Source: an uncultured Smithella sp.
GTDB taxonomy: Bacteria; Desulfobacterota; Syntrophia; Syntrophales; Smithellaceae
DNA length: 64,000 bases
NCBI GenBank assembly: GCA_964547345.1
Contig: CAZJMX010000003.1
Coordinates: 24,800 to 88,799 of the forward strand
Direction: 5' to 3'
Of the stretch, positions 45,603-53,897 are shown piece after piece. Numbering within the stretch: the stretch's first letter is position 1; every line of letters starts with the position of its first letter. The translations under genes and the position numbers were made by a program. Below the pieces are notes generated by a model. The model did no database searches. It was not told the origin of the DNA and was given only the letters and a program-made list of their open reading frames with translations.

Positions 45603-46541
45603 TTATCCTTTTTTCTGTTTTAATAACGCATGGATGTTTCTATCCCAACTCTCTTTATGGATGATTCGATCTTTTTGAAGCTTTGCATCCAAAATCTCGG
45701 CTTTAGTCTTTGTCGATAGTGTTTCCCAATTATCGGCAAATACATATGTCGCGTTACCGAAATAAATACTCTCAAGAATATATATGTCTTTATCAGGGAA
45801 TCCGAATATCACATATCCCCAAAAACCGGCACGGCCAACAGCCAAGAACTCAGGGCCATACTTATTCACAGATTCAAGCCTGTGATGAATGACGGCAAGG
45901 TTCCCTTTCGTCAGATTTCCTATAATCTGATTTACCTCTGACTTCAATTGCATCCATGGTCGTCTTCCTGGCGGAAGAACCGTCCAGTTCAATCGGCGTA
46001 AAGGCGCTTTTAAAAAGTCGCCTAAGTTCTCCGCGAAAAGTTGACATTCCCCAAATATCTCCAGGAAAAGATTGACGACATGTAACATTCTTTCCTTATT
46101 CTTTGGTGTATGCGTAATTGCATGCGTCACAATCACTTTTTCACCATCCGCACGTTGTGCAATGACTAACTCGATTGATGGTGGCGGAATAAAAGTTCTC
46201 GGATAACGTTGATATGGAATGTCGACAATTTTTGATTGCTCATCATAGTCATATCGCCCACGCCATTGTTTCCAGTGCCACTCAATCTGCCTATAGGCGG
46301 TTTCCATAGGCTCGTCTTTATGAACAAATGTTTTGCCATTAGCATTGTACGCACTAATTGGACCGAATATCGAAGCTGGTAAAACAGCATCGCCTAACGT
46401 TGGATTTTGAGAGAATCCAATTTGTTTGAGTAGATTGTTAGTTGTTGCGGCAGCGTAGATGCCGAATATTATGGTTTCCCCTTGCGGGACGAGTCGAGTA
46501 TAGTGTTCTAAATCTCGAATACGTTTTTTCTTGATTATCAT
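45603..46541 (-). CDS. hypothetical protein (312 aa), no recognisable family
   Basis: Long ORF with coding-like composition. AAGGGGA SD upstream of ATG at 46541 (MIIKKKRIRD). The ORF-track start at 46577 lies inside a terminator U-tract and has no SD. Confidence 0.55.
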   Translation of the reverse strand: MIIKKKRIRDLEHYTRLVPQGETIIFGIYAAATTNNLLKQIGFSQNPTLGDAVLPASIFGPISAYNANGKTFVHKDEPMETAYRQIEWHWKQWRGRYDYDEQSKIVDIPYQRYPRTFIPPPSIELVIAQRADGEKVIVTHAITHTPKNKERMLHVVNLFLEIFGECQLFAENLGDFLKAPLRRLNWTVLPPGRRPWMQLKSEVNQIIGNLTKGNLAVIHHRLESVNKYGPEFLAVGRAGFWGYVIFGFPDKDIYILESIYFGNATYVFADNWETLSTKTKAEILDAKLQKDRIIHKESWDRNIHALLKQKKG

Positions 46542-46582
46542 CTGGTCCCCTTTTTCATTAACAGTTTGTGTGTACATTAATC

Positions 46583-46616
46583 AAAAAGCTGCAGAATGGG
46601 CCGGGGACTCTGCAGC
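46583..46616 (-). terminator. intrinsic terminator / attenuator between leader ORF and the 312-aa gene
   Basis: On the minus strand: gctgcaga, 13-nt loop, tctgcagc, then TTTTT. Confidence 0.6.
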
Positions 46617-46631
46617 CACATAACGCAACCC

Positions 46632-46751
46632 TTATCGCTTATTTTTTACGCGAATGGCAATCACTCTGCCATTTTTGGGGTAGATGATTTTGCCTGTTCG
46701 CCAGTGGCGAAAGTGCTTTACAAAAATTATGGTATAGTCATCTTTGGACAA
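46632..46751 (-). CDS. candidate 39-codon basic small ORF (leader peptide or small protein)
   Basis: AGGAGG 7 nt upstream of a TTG start. (M)SKDDYTIIFVKHFRHWRTGKIIYPKNGRVIAIRVKNKR*. Below the ORF-track cut-off. Confidence 0.35.
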   Translation of the reverse strand: MSKDDYTIIFVKHFRHWRTGKIIYPKNGRVIAIRVKNKR

Positions 46752-46756
46752 GAAAT

Positions 46757-46800
46757 GTCCTCCTTTCCGCTGGCTTGAGGATTGGGCTTGACAGGAGGAC
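46757..46800 (-). promoter_or_regulatory. SD-sequestering hairpin in the 5' UTR of the small ORF
   Basis: 8-bp stem gtcctcct/aggaggac. The downstream arm on the minus strand is the AGGAGG Shine-Dalgarno itself. Confidence 0.45.
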
Positions 46801-46831
46801 ACCGATTTGATAACCGTTAGCCAATAGATTA

Positions 46832-46860
46832 ATTATCACCGGACCCCATCAGGGGTCCAA
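46832..46860 (-). promoter_or_regulatory. sigma70-like promoter (minus strand)
   Basis: TTGGAC, 17 bp spacer, GATAAT on the minus strand. The spacer contains the hairpin ggacccc/ggggtcc. Confidence 0.45.
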
Positions 46861-46909
46861 CTGTCCGACGATGACCCAAACCAGCTTATTTAGTCATCGC
46901 CAAAGCTCA

Positions 46910-46950
46910 AGAGCCACAAGGTTTGCCAGAACCAAGTGGCTCTTTTTATT
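46910..46950 (+). terminator. hairpin plus T-tract oriented as a plus-strand intrinsic terminator (abuts the RloB stop)
   Basis: agagccac...gtggctct with an inner ggtt/aacc extension, followed by ttttatt on the plus strand. On the minus strand the A-tract precedes the stem. Confidence 0.45.
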
Positions 46951-47500
46951 GTTTTCTCTTTTCCTTCATAAACCTCACAAGAATTTCTAATTCCTGAACC
47001 TGCATTTTTCTTTTTTCCAGAAAATCATATCTGAATATAATTTCGTATTTTCGGGGATCGAGTTTATCGTCGTCATTTAAGTATTTGTCAGCAAATAAAC
47101 GTTTGCATTCGTTTGTCGATTTAACAAGCGGGTCAAAGGCAGGGTCGATAATTTTCAAGAAAAGCCCTTCAATGCAGGGTACGCACCAGATCAATTCCAA
47201 TTTGTTTGTCTTGGCTCTTTTTAAGTAAGTGGGGCGACAGGGCAGGTCTTTATCCAGAAGTACAAAAGCGCGATCATAGTTTTTGGGATTCATTTTTATG
47301 GCATGCTTAATTACACATTCCGGATCACCGCCGCCAGCATAATGAATCCGGATCGAAATGCCATCGTCTCTCTTGTTAAATTGTCCTTTCATAAATTGAA
47401 GAAATGCTTTTTCTGTTTCACCTTCACCGACTGCCAGAACAGTCCAATTTGGTTTTCGGGGTTTATTTATGAAAGGATTCGATCTGGCCATGCGCAGCAC
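46946..47500 (-). CDS. RloB-like (TOPRIM-related) protein, partner of the upstream ATPase (AbiLii-like)
   Basis: VLAVGEGETEKAF, FVLLDKD, LIWCVPCIEGLFL match the RloB pattern. The start (GTG 47500 or ATG 47491) abuts the ATPase stop at 47501. Confidence 0.65.
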   Translation of the reverse strand: MLRMARSNPFINKPRKPNWTVLAVGEGETEKAFLQFMKGQFNKRDDGISIRIHYAGGGDPECVIKHAIKMNPKNYDRAFVLLDKDLPCRPTYLKRAKTNKLELIWCVPCIEGLFLKIIDPAFDPLVKSTNECKRLFADKYLNDDDKLDPRKYEIIFRYDFLEKRKMQVQELEILVRFMKEKRKQ

Positions 47501-48730
47501 CTAAATATTGGGCACAGCGCCGTATGCGCCTGCATCATACTTTGCATAAATATTATCATCACTCCGGACGCCTTTGATTTCATCCAATCGAATCACGTGG
47601 CTATAACCGTATTCATCTTTTTCAACGAGCAGTACTTGATACTTATCGAGCTTTTTCATGAGCTCAATTGAATGGCAGGAGAATATAAGCTGCGCATTGT
47701 TTGGGTTTGTCTTCTTTGAAATAAACAGATCCAATAGCGCTGGTATCATGTGCGGATGTAAATCGACTTCAAATTCATCGAGGACGGCAATACCACCGGT
47801 TTTCTCTTGTAGAATTGGTAATATTTTTCTTAAAATAATGAAGAGATTTTGCGTACCACTTGATTCATAAAATAAAGGGAGTTTATGTGTGCTTTTATCT
47901 TTGCCTACATGGATACCGAAAGGAAAAGGTATTTTTTCGGGCTTTCCTGATTTATCTGTGCCAACTTCCCGTTCTTCAATCTCAATGCCTGAAAGTCCTA
48001 AGTCGAAGCGTGTAAGAAGTTCTTCTGCTTTAGTCTTATAGTCACTGTGCTTATGGAAGTAAGCAGCTGTTTTAAAAATGTGAAAGATGACTTCCTCTTC
48101 ATCTAGATGACCATCACGTCCCTTTTCTCTGACATTTGTGGAAATTTTTGACCAGAATTCGGCAATATTTTTGCTCTCCTCATGGTTGTGTTGTAATGCA
48201 AGAGATATTGTTGATGCATTTTTCCGCATGTTCAGAGACTCACCGAAAGAATTGGGTAGTCCAAAATTTTTTGTTGAAAAATCGAAAAGCTTTTTATCTT
48301 CATTCCAATTACGTTTGAAAAGATACTTGAAGCCTTTACTGCTTTTAATATGCAGAGATTCGTTAAATATCTGGTCAGCTGATAATTTAAGGTCATATTG
48401 ATAAATTATACCCATTTGTATGAAATCAACGGATAAGGATGAAATTACGGGATGATCTTTTTCAAATCTAAAAGGTTGAATTGGTATTTTTGCATCAGGT
48501 TTTAAATTAAATGACTTATTGGTGAACCAACTTAAAAAAGACAAAGCTTTAAGAAGGTTTGTCTTACCCGATGCGTTGGGTCCAAAGCACGCCAATATCT
48601 TTGTCACGCGTTCTCCGTTTTCGGTTGTGATGTATGCATCCGTACAAGGGGATTTTTTATTTACAATGAACCTTACCGCATTCTCTTCTTTGAAAGAGTA
48701 GAAATTATTTATTGAAAAGCCGAGGATCAT
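47501..48730 (-). CDS. AAA_15/AAA_21-type ABC-like ATPase (AbiLi / RloA-like)
   Basis: Walker A GPNASGKTN, Q-loop/signature ESSGTQNLF, Walker B IAVLDEFEVDLHP, H-loop FSCHS. AGGAGG upstream of ATG at 48730. Confidence 0.7.
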   Translation of the reverse strand: MILGFSINNFYSFKEENAVRFIVNKKSPCTDAYITTENGERVTKILACFGPNASGKTNLLKALSFLSWFTNKSFNLKPDAKIPIQPFRFEKDHPVISSLSVDFIQMGIIYQYDLKLSADQIFNESLHIKSSKGFKYLFKRNWNEDKKLFDFSTKNFGLPNSFGESLNMRKNASTISLALQHNHEESKNIAEFWSKISTNVREKGRDGHLDEEEVIFHIFKTAAYFHKHSDYKTKAEELLTRFDLGLSGIEIEEREVGTDKSGKPEKIPFPFGIHVGKDKSTHKLPLFYESSGTQNLFIILRKILPILQEKTGGIAVLDEFEVDLHPHMIPALLDLFISKKTNPNNAQLIFSCHSIELMKKLDKYQVLLVEKDEYGYSHVIRLDEIKGVRSDDNIYAKYDAGAYGAVPNI

Positions 48731-48774
48731 AAGGGCACCTCCTATTAAATACAAAATATTGTTATTTCATTGGT

Positions 48775-48803
48775 AATATATATATTTAAATAAGTATTGT
48801 CAA
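48775..48803 (-). promoter_or_regulatory. strong sigma70-like promoter of the ATPase-RloB operon
   Basis: Minus strand TTGACA (48803-48798), 17 bp spacer, TATATT (48780-48775). Confidence 0.6.
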
Positions 48804-48834
48804 GCATAATCAACAAAATATTGTTGATTATGCT
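48803..48834. promoter_or_regulatory. 32-bp near-perfect palindrome (putative operator) abutting the -35
   Basis: agcataatcaacaa-aata-ttgttgattatgct, with 14-bp perfect arms. Confidence 0.55.
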
Positions 48835-49030
48835 ATAATATATAAAATTTATATCGTGGGGCGTGACGCGACGTATGGATTATCTGCAAAAATTTACTAA
48901 TAGTGCTCGCAATTTCAATGGTTTACGTTTGGTGAATGAGCAGGTTACATTACTACCCGCAGCGCTTCAAAGTGTCAACTCAAGTGCATGCCTGCCCCAA
49001 AATGCATCATAAATATCGTGTATCCGTCGG

Positions 49031-49204
49031 CTATTTTTCTTTTCTGACGCCCTTGAACGGATCATCATCGGCTTTTTGATCAATGAATCTGCCGGTTGTC
49101 GTGTCCCGTTTGACCCAGCGATCATTTTGTGGATTATATGTTTGTGACCGATCCGTTACCTGCCCATGTCGATGGTTATCCCCGTAGGGTGGATTCTTTG
49201 CCAT
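49031..49204 (-). CDS. small hypothetical protein (57 aa; below the ORF-track cut-off)
   Basis: AAGGAGG upstream of ATG. MAKNPPYGDNHRHGQVTDRSQTYNPQNDRWVKRDTTTGRFIDQKADDDPFKGVRKEK. Confidence 0.4.
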   Translation of the reverse strand: MAKNPPYGDNHRHGQVTDRSQTYNPQNDRWVKRDTTTGRFIDQKADDDPFKGVRKEK

Positions 49205-49229
49205 AATGTTTTACCTCCTTCCTAATTTA

Positions 49230-49862
49230 TTACAATTTAGGCGGCCATAGGCCTTCTCTCGATACGCGTATTTTTATTACATCGGTGGAAATACCAAACG
49301 GCTTACAAATCATAGAAGAGATGCTGGATAAAACAGCTTCGGGGTCATTTTCCAAATAAGTGATCAGGTTTTTTTCTTTTATGACTTTGGCGGCTTGTTC
49401 AATGGATAAAACCAAATCAGAATGCGGCACCAAGAGCCTTCCTGCAAATTCATTGGCCTGCCATTCAAAGCTGCTGTATTCGTAATCAGGGATGTTAAGG
49501 ATAAAATTCTTCCAGTCTTCGACGTTGCGTATATCAAATTCTGCAAATACTTCCTTATGCAAGAAGAAGTGACCGTGTTCATGTGCAAATGAAAATCGCA
49601 GACGATTGGTAAATTTTTCATTCATATAAAAATCATAGTCAACAAAAATGGATTTTACATTCATGCTCAGATACGCATCCATGTCGATTGATGTAAATAG
49701 TCCATGTTTGGGTTCGATGATGAACTGAAGACGAAATTCGACAATTTTTTCAACATCAATCGGCAGATGACCTTCTGGCCAGTGGGTCTTTCGAACATCA
49801 TCCGCGATAGACCAAAGATCTTTCTTGTCAATCCGTTTACACCGAAACTCGCTGGGCTCCAA
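49230..49862 (-). CDS. ImmA/IrrE-family zinc metallopeptidase
   Basis: HEHGHFFLH (HExxH) motif. Located immediately downstream of an XRE repressor gene. Confidence 0.75.
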   Translation of the reverse strand: MEPSEFRCKRIDKKDLWSIADDVRKTHWPEGHLPIDVEKIVEFRLQFIIEPKHGLFTSIDMDAYLSMNVKSIFVDYDFYMNEKFTNRLRFSFAHEHGHFFLHKEVFAEFDIRNVEDWKNFILNIPDYEYSSFEWQANEFAGRLLVPHSDLVLSIEQAAKVIKEKNLITYLENDPEAVLSSISSMICKPFGISTDVIKIRVSREGLWPPKL

Positions 49863-49865
49863 ATA

Positions 49866-50228
49866 TCACCCCCCCTTTTTAATCATCTGAATTAGTTTGT
49901 CCAATTCTTCGGCGGTCGGCTTATCGCTTCGGACGGTGCGAAAGAACATAGGCAAGGCTTTTAATACTTCTTCATTTGACCGGATGTCGTCAGGGATAAT
50001 GCCAGCATCGATATTCGCCAGATCTTTCATCTCCTTCCAGGTGTCCGAACCGATTTTAATACCTAACACACGGGCAATTTTTTTTAATTTTTCTTCATCC
50101 TGCGGTGGCGCTGACACGCCCCGTTCAATTTTGCTCCAGTTGCTGGCGTCCATTTCAACTTGTTTGCAAAATTCCCTCAGGCTTATTTCCTTTTTTGCTC
50201 TTAATTCTTTAATGAATTCTCCATACAT
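49866..50228 (-). CDS. XRE-family HTH transcriptional regulator (ImmR-like)
   Basis: ISLREFCKQVEMDASNWSKIERG HTH. GGGGGAGG SD upstream of ATG at 50228; the ORF-track start at 50324 is probably too long. Confidence 0.75.
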   Translation of the reverse strand: MYGEFIKELRAKKEISLREFCKQVEMDASNWSKIERGVSAPPQDEEKLKKIARVLGIKIGSDTWKEMKDLANIDAGIIPDDIRSNEEVLKALPMFFRTVRSDKPTAEELDKLIQMIKKGG

Positions 50229-50480
50229 AAAAACCTCCCCCAAGTTTTTGTGATTCCTGAATGCAATTAACAAATACCGCATGGTAAAATATTTACCACA
50301 TGTGGTATTATTATAACCACACACGTTGAGAAGTCAAGAGTTATTTGGGGATGTGTGAATGCAGAATGCCTCCCAGCCGCTTTTTGTCCGCATAAAATCC
50401 GCTAAAAAACCGCCTTTTGTCCGAAACTTCTTCCACTCTTTTGGGGTAGAACTCCCGCGATACTTTTTCCTTCAATAATT

Positions 50481-51236
50481 TTGAGGTCAAGCGCCGTGTA
50501 CGAGTGCCGATGTCCCCATGATGGTAAGAAGCTTGCCGAACTGGCCCGGCCACCTTTGGCTTTGGGTCATTATAACTACCCCTGCGAATGTGGGCGGTGG
50601 GTGCATGGAAAGCGGCGACCGAGATATGTTCCACCCGAAGATGACTTTTGGAAGGTTTATGATCAGGCAGTCGGTCAGGACAAGGTTATGCTCCTGGCGT
50701 TTCTTCATCTGGCGGCAAGACGATCGGAAGTATTTCACATCAAATGGTCGGATGTTGATTTTATAAACAACCAAATCTGCCTTTGGACCCAGAAGCGTGA
50801 AGGCGGTCACAAAGAATTCGATTGGCTCCCGATGACGTCGGATCTTCGACAAGCTTTGCTTCAATGGAGTGAAGAAAGATTGAAGCAAAAAACTGAAGAT
50901 AAAGAGCATGCGTTTGTTTGTCTTGATGAAACACCTTTTTGTGAGGAGTATTACGGCAAGCCGTTTATTCATCGGCAGCATCTGATGGCGCGTCTGTGCG
51001 CGAAGGCAAAAGTCAAACCTTTCGGGTTTCATGGCATCAGGCATCTGACTGCATCAATACTCTATCAAAAAGGATACACCCTTTCGGTAATCCAGACTAT
51101 ATTGAGACATGCGAGTCCGAATACGACGGCTCGTTATATCCACAGTCTCGGTTTGGAAGAAACAAGGGGAGCACTGGAGAAAGGTCTAAAAGGTCCTGCG
51201 CAGGGGATCGAGTTTAAAAAGGCAACTGTTCCATAA
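50481..51236 (+). CDS. tyrosine recombinase/integrase, catalytic domain only (probably N-terminally truncated)
   Basis: ARRSEV (Arg), HGIRH, RH...TTARYIH (Tyr) catalytic motifs. TTG start with an in-frame stop shortly upstream. No core-binding domain present. Confidence 0.65.
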   Translation: MRSSAVYECRCPHDGKKLAELARPPLALGHYNYPCECGRWVHGKRRPRYVPPEDDFWKVYDQAVGQDKVMLLAFLHLAARRSEVFHIKWSDVDFINNQICLWTQKREGGHKEFDWLPMTSDLRQALLQWSEERLKQKTEDKEHAFVCLDETPFCEEYYGKPFIHRQHLMARLCAKAKVKPFGFHGIRHLTASILYQKGYTLSVIQTILRHASPNTTARYIHSLGLEETRGALEKGLKGPAQGIEFKKATVP

Positions 51237-51265
51237 AAAACCCCCAGAGGGGCAACTCTGAGGGT

Positions 51266-51287
51266 ACTTGTGTCCGGACTTGTGTCC
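51266..51287. repeat. tandem direct repeat acttgtgtcc(gg/ag) x2 between integrase and tRNA
   Basis: 51266-51275 and 51278-51287 are identical 10-mers with 12-bp periodicity. Confidence 0.6.
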
Positions 51288-51332
51288 AGAGGTTAACGGT
51301 GAAGGTTGTTGTTCTTAATCCTTTGTAATTAT

Positions 51333-51407
51333 TGGTAGTCCCAAGGGGAGTTGAACCCCTGTCTCCGGCGTGAGAGGCCAGCGTCCTAACCACTAGACGA
51401 TGGGACC
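51333..51407 (-). tRNA. tRNA-Glu (anticodon CUC), CCA encoded
   Basis: The reverse complement GGTCCCATCGTCTAGTGGTTAGGACGCTGGCCTCTCACGCCGGAGACAGGGGTTCAACTCCCCTTGGGACTACCA folds by hand as a cloverleaf with anticodon loop CTCTCAC. Confidence 0.85.
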
Positions 51408-51586
51408 ATGTTGGTTTGTAGACCAGATTGAGAACTTACGCTGCTGGATTTCGCATCATGCGTTCGGTTGCTGGTCGATTCCCCACTGCTGGGGAAAGTT
51501 GAGGGGGAGTATCTATTCAATTTCACTTTAAAAGTCAAGATGAAATTGCCGCGACTTGTCAAAGACAGCCATTCCCCCGGATCAAT

Positions 51587-52993
51587 CTATTTTATCTGAT
51601 CTTCAATATAGGTAACGGCGGCGTTGATTCGCCGGATGACTCTTTCCTTGCCTAGCGTGACCATGATTTCGTCAATGCCGGGGCTGACGGTCTTGCCTGT
51701 CAGAGCCACACGCAGCGGCTGGGCAATAACTTTGAATTTAAGCCCGTTTGCTTCGATAAAGGTTTTCAGAAATTCCTCGGCGCTTTCTTTGCTGAAATTA
51801 CCCACAGATGGGATTGCTGCAGACAAGGCTTTCAAGTGGGCCGAAACGTCGGGCGTTAAAAACTTCTGCGCGGCCTGTTCTTCATAGTCTACCTGGTCGA
51901 CAAAGTAGAAATTTGCGGCGCCGGCCAGTTCCATAAGCGTCTTGACGCGCGGCTGTAAGTCGGCGATGATTTTTTGCGTAAAAGCTGAGTCGCCCGCCTG
52001 GGTTCCGGCAGGCCATAAAAGTTTCATTTCTTCCGCGAGACGTTCGGGTTTTGCTTCCTTTATATAGTGTGCGTTTAGCCAGAGGAGTTTTTCGGGATTG
52101 AAAACGGCGGGCGACTTGCCCACGTTATCCAGGCCGAAATGTTCAACCAGCTCTTTTTGTGAGAAAATCTCCTGATCACCGTGCGACCAGCCCAAACGGA
52201 CCAGGTAGTTGACGAGTGCCTCCGGCAGATAGCCCATCTCTTTATAGGCCATGACGGACGTTGCCCCGTGGCGTTTGCTGAGACGCGCTTTGTCCGAGCC
52301 AAGAATCATAGGAACATGAGCGAATTTAGGAACTTCAAAACCAAGCGCTTGATACATCAGAATCTGACGCGGGGTATTATTGACGTGGTCGTCGCCGCGG
52401 ATGACATGCGTGATGTTCATGAGTGCATCGTCGATGACGACGGCGAAGTTATAGGTCGGATAGCCGTCGCCGCGCTCAATGACCAAGTCATCCAACTCTT
52501 CGTTATTAAAATTTATATTTCCCTTGATGAGGTCTTCCACAATCGTGATGCCGGTTTCCACTCCGCGAAAGCGGACAACGCTGCCGGGAGATTTTTTTAA
52601 ACCTTTGTCCCGGCAGGTACCGTCGTATTTGGGCTTTCTGCCTTCGGCCATCGCCGTTTTTCTTTTATTTTCCAGCTCATCGGGTGTGCAGGTGCAATAG
52701 TAGGCCTTTCCCTCGTGGATCAGTTTCTGAACCATTTCACGATGCAGATCAACGCGTTGGGCTTGAAAATAAGGTCCTTCATCCCAGTTAAGCCCGAGCC
52801 AGGTCATGGCATCGAGAATGGCTTTGGTGGATTCGTCAGTCGAGCGCTGCTGATCGGTATCTTCGATTCTTAGCACAAATTCGCCGCCGTTATGACGGGA
52901 GAAAAGCCAGCTAAAAAGAGCGGTTCTCGCCCCTCCGACGTGCAGATAGCCGGTGGGAGAGGGGGCAAAGCGTGTGCGAATTTTGTCTGTCAT
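51587..52993 (-). CDS. gltX: glutamyl-tRNA synthetase
   Basis: [17 protein letters not shown] (HIGH) and RLSKRHG (KMSKS). Confidence 0.9.
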   Translation of the reverse strand: MTDKIRTRFAPSPTGYLHVGGARTALFSWLFSRHNGGEFVLRIEDTDQQRSTDESTKAILDAMTWLGLNWDEGPYFQAQRVDLHREMVQKLIHEGKAYYCTCTPDELENKRKTAMAEGRKPKYDGTCRDKGLKKSPGSVVRFRGVETGITIVEDLIKGNINFNNEELDDLVIERGDGYPTYNFAVVIDDALMNITHVIRGDDHVNNTPRQILMYQALGFEVPKFAHVPMILGSDKARLSKRHGATSVMAYKEMGYLPEALVNYLVRLGWSHGDQEIFSQKELVEHFGLDNVGKSPAVFNPEKLLWLNAHYIKEAKPERLAEEMKLLWPAGTQAGDSAFTQKIIADLQPRVKTLMELAGAANFYFVDQVDYEEQAAQKFLTPDVSAHLKALSAAIPSVGNFSKESAEEFLKTFIEANGLKFKVIAQPLRVALTGKTVSPGIDEIMVTLGKERVIRRINAAVTYIEDQIK

Positions 52994-53155
52994 AGGGTTT
53001 CCCTTTAATTTTTAAAGTTTTATAGAATCCGCACCTGCCGTTTGTCAAGCGCCTTTTGCCGCGATGGACGCAAAATGTGCTTGACAACAACAATATTTTG
53101 TAATTTACTCACCCGCTTAGCGCGGCAAGCTAATAAAAAAAGGCAGTAGTGTTGC

Positions 53156-53698
53156 ATGTCTGATTCTTTGAAAATTAATCCGTTGATCCTTCCTGAAGAA
53201 GGGTTGCGGCTGTCTTTTTCCGAAGATGCCGTCTGGTTTGAAAAATGTTTTACCGCAGACGAGTTGCCGGAGTTTTCTTTGATCAGGGTGGATGTCGATT
53301 GTCTGATTACCCGATCCGGCGATACCATCTACATCCGGGGAAACCTGACGGCAAAAGTCAGTCAGGAGTGCAGCCGCTGTCTGGAGCCGGCCACAGTTGC
53401 GGTCGAAGGAGATTTTGTTTACACGCTGGTTCCTGAAAAGGCCGAGATTGCAGAAGATCTGGAGCTGACGGTCGAAGAGCTTGAAATCGGATATTATTCC
53501 GGGGATTTTATTGATCTGGCGCCGCTCGTTTGCGAACAGATTGTTCTTTTGGTGCCGATGAGGGCGCTGTGCGCTGAAGCGTGTAAGGGGTTGTGCCCGC
53601 AGTGCGGCACAAATTTAAATGCAGGTTTTTGTAAATGCTGTTCAGACGTTGTAGATGATCGTCTGGCGGTGTTGAAAAATTTTAGAGTGAAAAATTAA
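53156..53698 (+). CDS. yceD: YceD/DUF177 family protein
   Basis: C-terminal Cys cluster CAEACKGLCPQCGTNLN. Conserved position upstream of rpmF. Confidence 0.75.
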   Translation: MSDSLKINPLILPEEGLRLSFSEDAVWFEKCFTADELPEFSLIRVDVDCLITRSGDTIYIRGNLTAKVSQECSRCLEPATVAVEGDFVYTLVPEKAEIAEDLELTVEELEIGYYSGDFIDLAPLVCEQIVLLVPMRALCAEACKGLCPQCGTNLNAGFCKCCSDVVDDRLAVLKNFRVKN

Positions 53699-53720
53699 TC
53701 AAAAAAGAGGATAATTTACC

Positions 53721-53897
53721 ATGCCAAATCCAGTAAAACGACATTCCAAAGCAAGACGTAATACCCGACGGGCGCACGATTTTCTGACGTCACCTTCATT
53801 ATCGGTTTGCCCGCAATGCAGTCAGCCCAAAATGCCTCACCGCGTTTGTGCGGCCTGTGGCACCTATAAGGGCAGAGAAGTCACATCGGTGGAATAA
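53721..53897 (+). CDS. rpmF: 50S ribosomal protein L32 (58 aa; below the ORF-track cut-off)
   Basis: MPNPVKRHSKARRNTRRAH...CPQC...CAACGTYKGREV. Confidence 0.85.
   Translation: MPNPVKRHSKARRNTRRAHDFLTSPSLSVCPQCSQPKMPHRVCAACGTYKGREVTSVE

Larger units (their letters stand above)
14651..51332. mobile_element. mosaic genomic (defence) island abutting the 3' end of tRNA-Glu; partly decayed
   Basis: Bounded by the mrfB terminator and tRNA-Glu. Integrase and ImmA/XRE module sit at the tRNA-proximal end. Dense in TA, Abi and RM-type genes and gene fragments. Several blocks look clearly more AT-rich by eye (about 15.2-21.1 kb and 42-50 kb). Confidence 0.6.

Noticed and set aside
50341-50634. 97-aa minus-strand ORF overlapping the integrase 5' end
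   Set aside because: It has no SD or recognisable domain and mostly overlaps the integrase frame. I considered that it might be an inverted piece of the missing integrase N-terminus but could not support that from the sequence.
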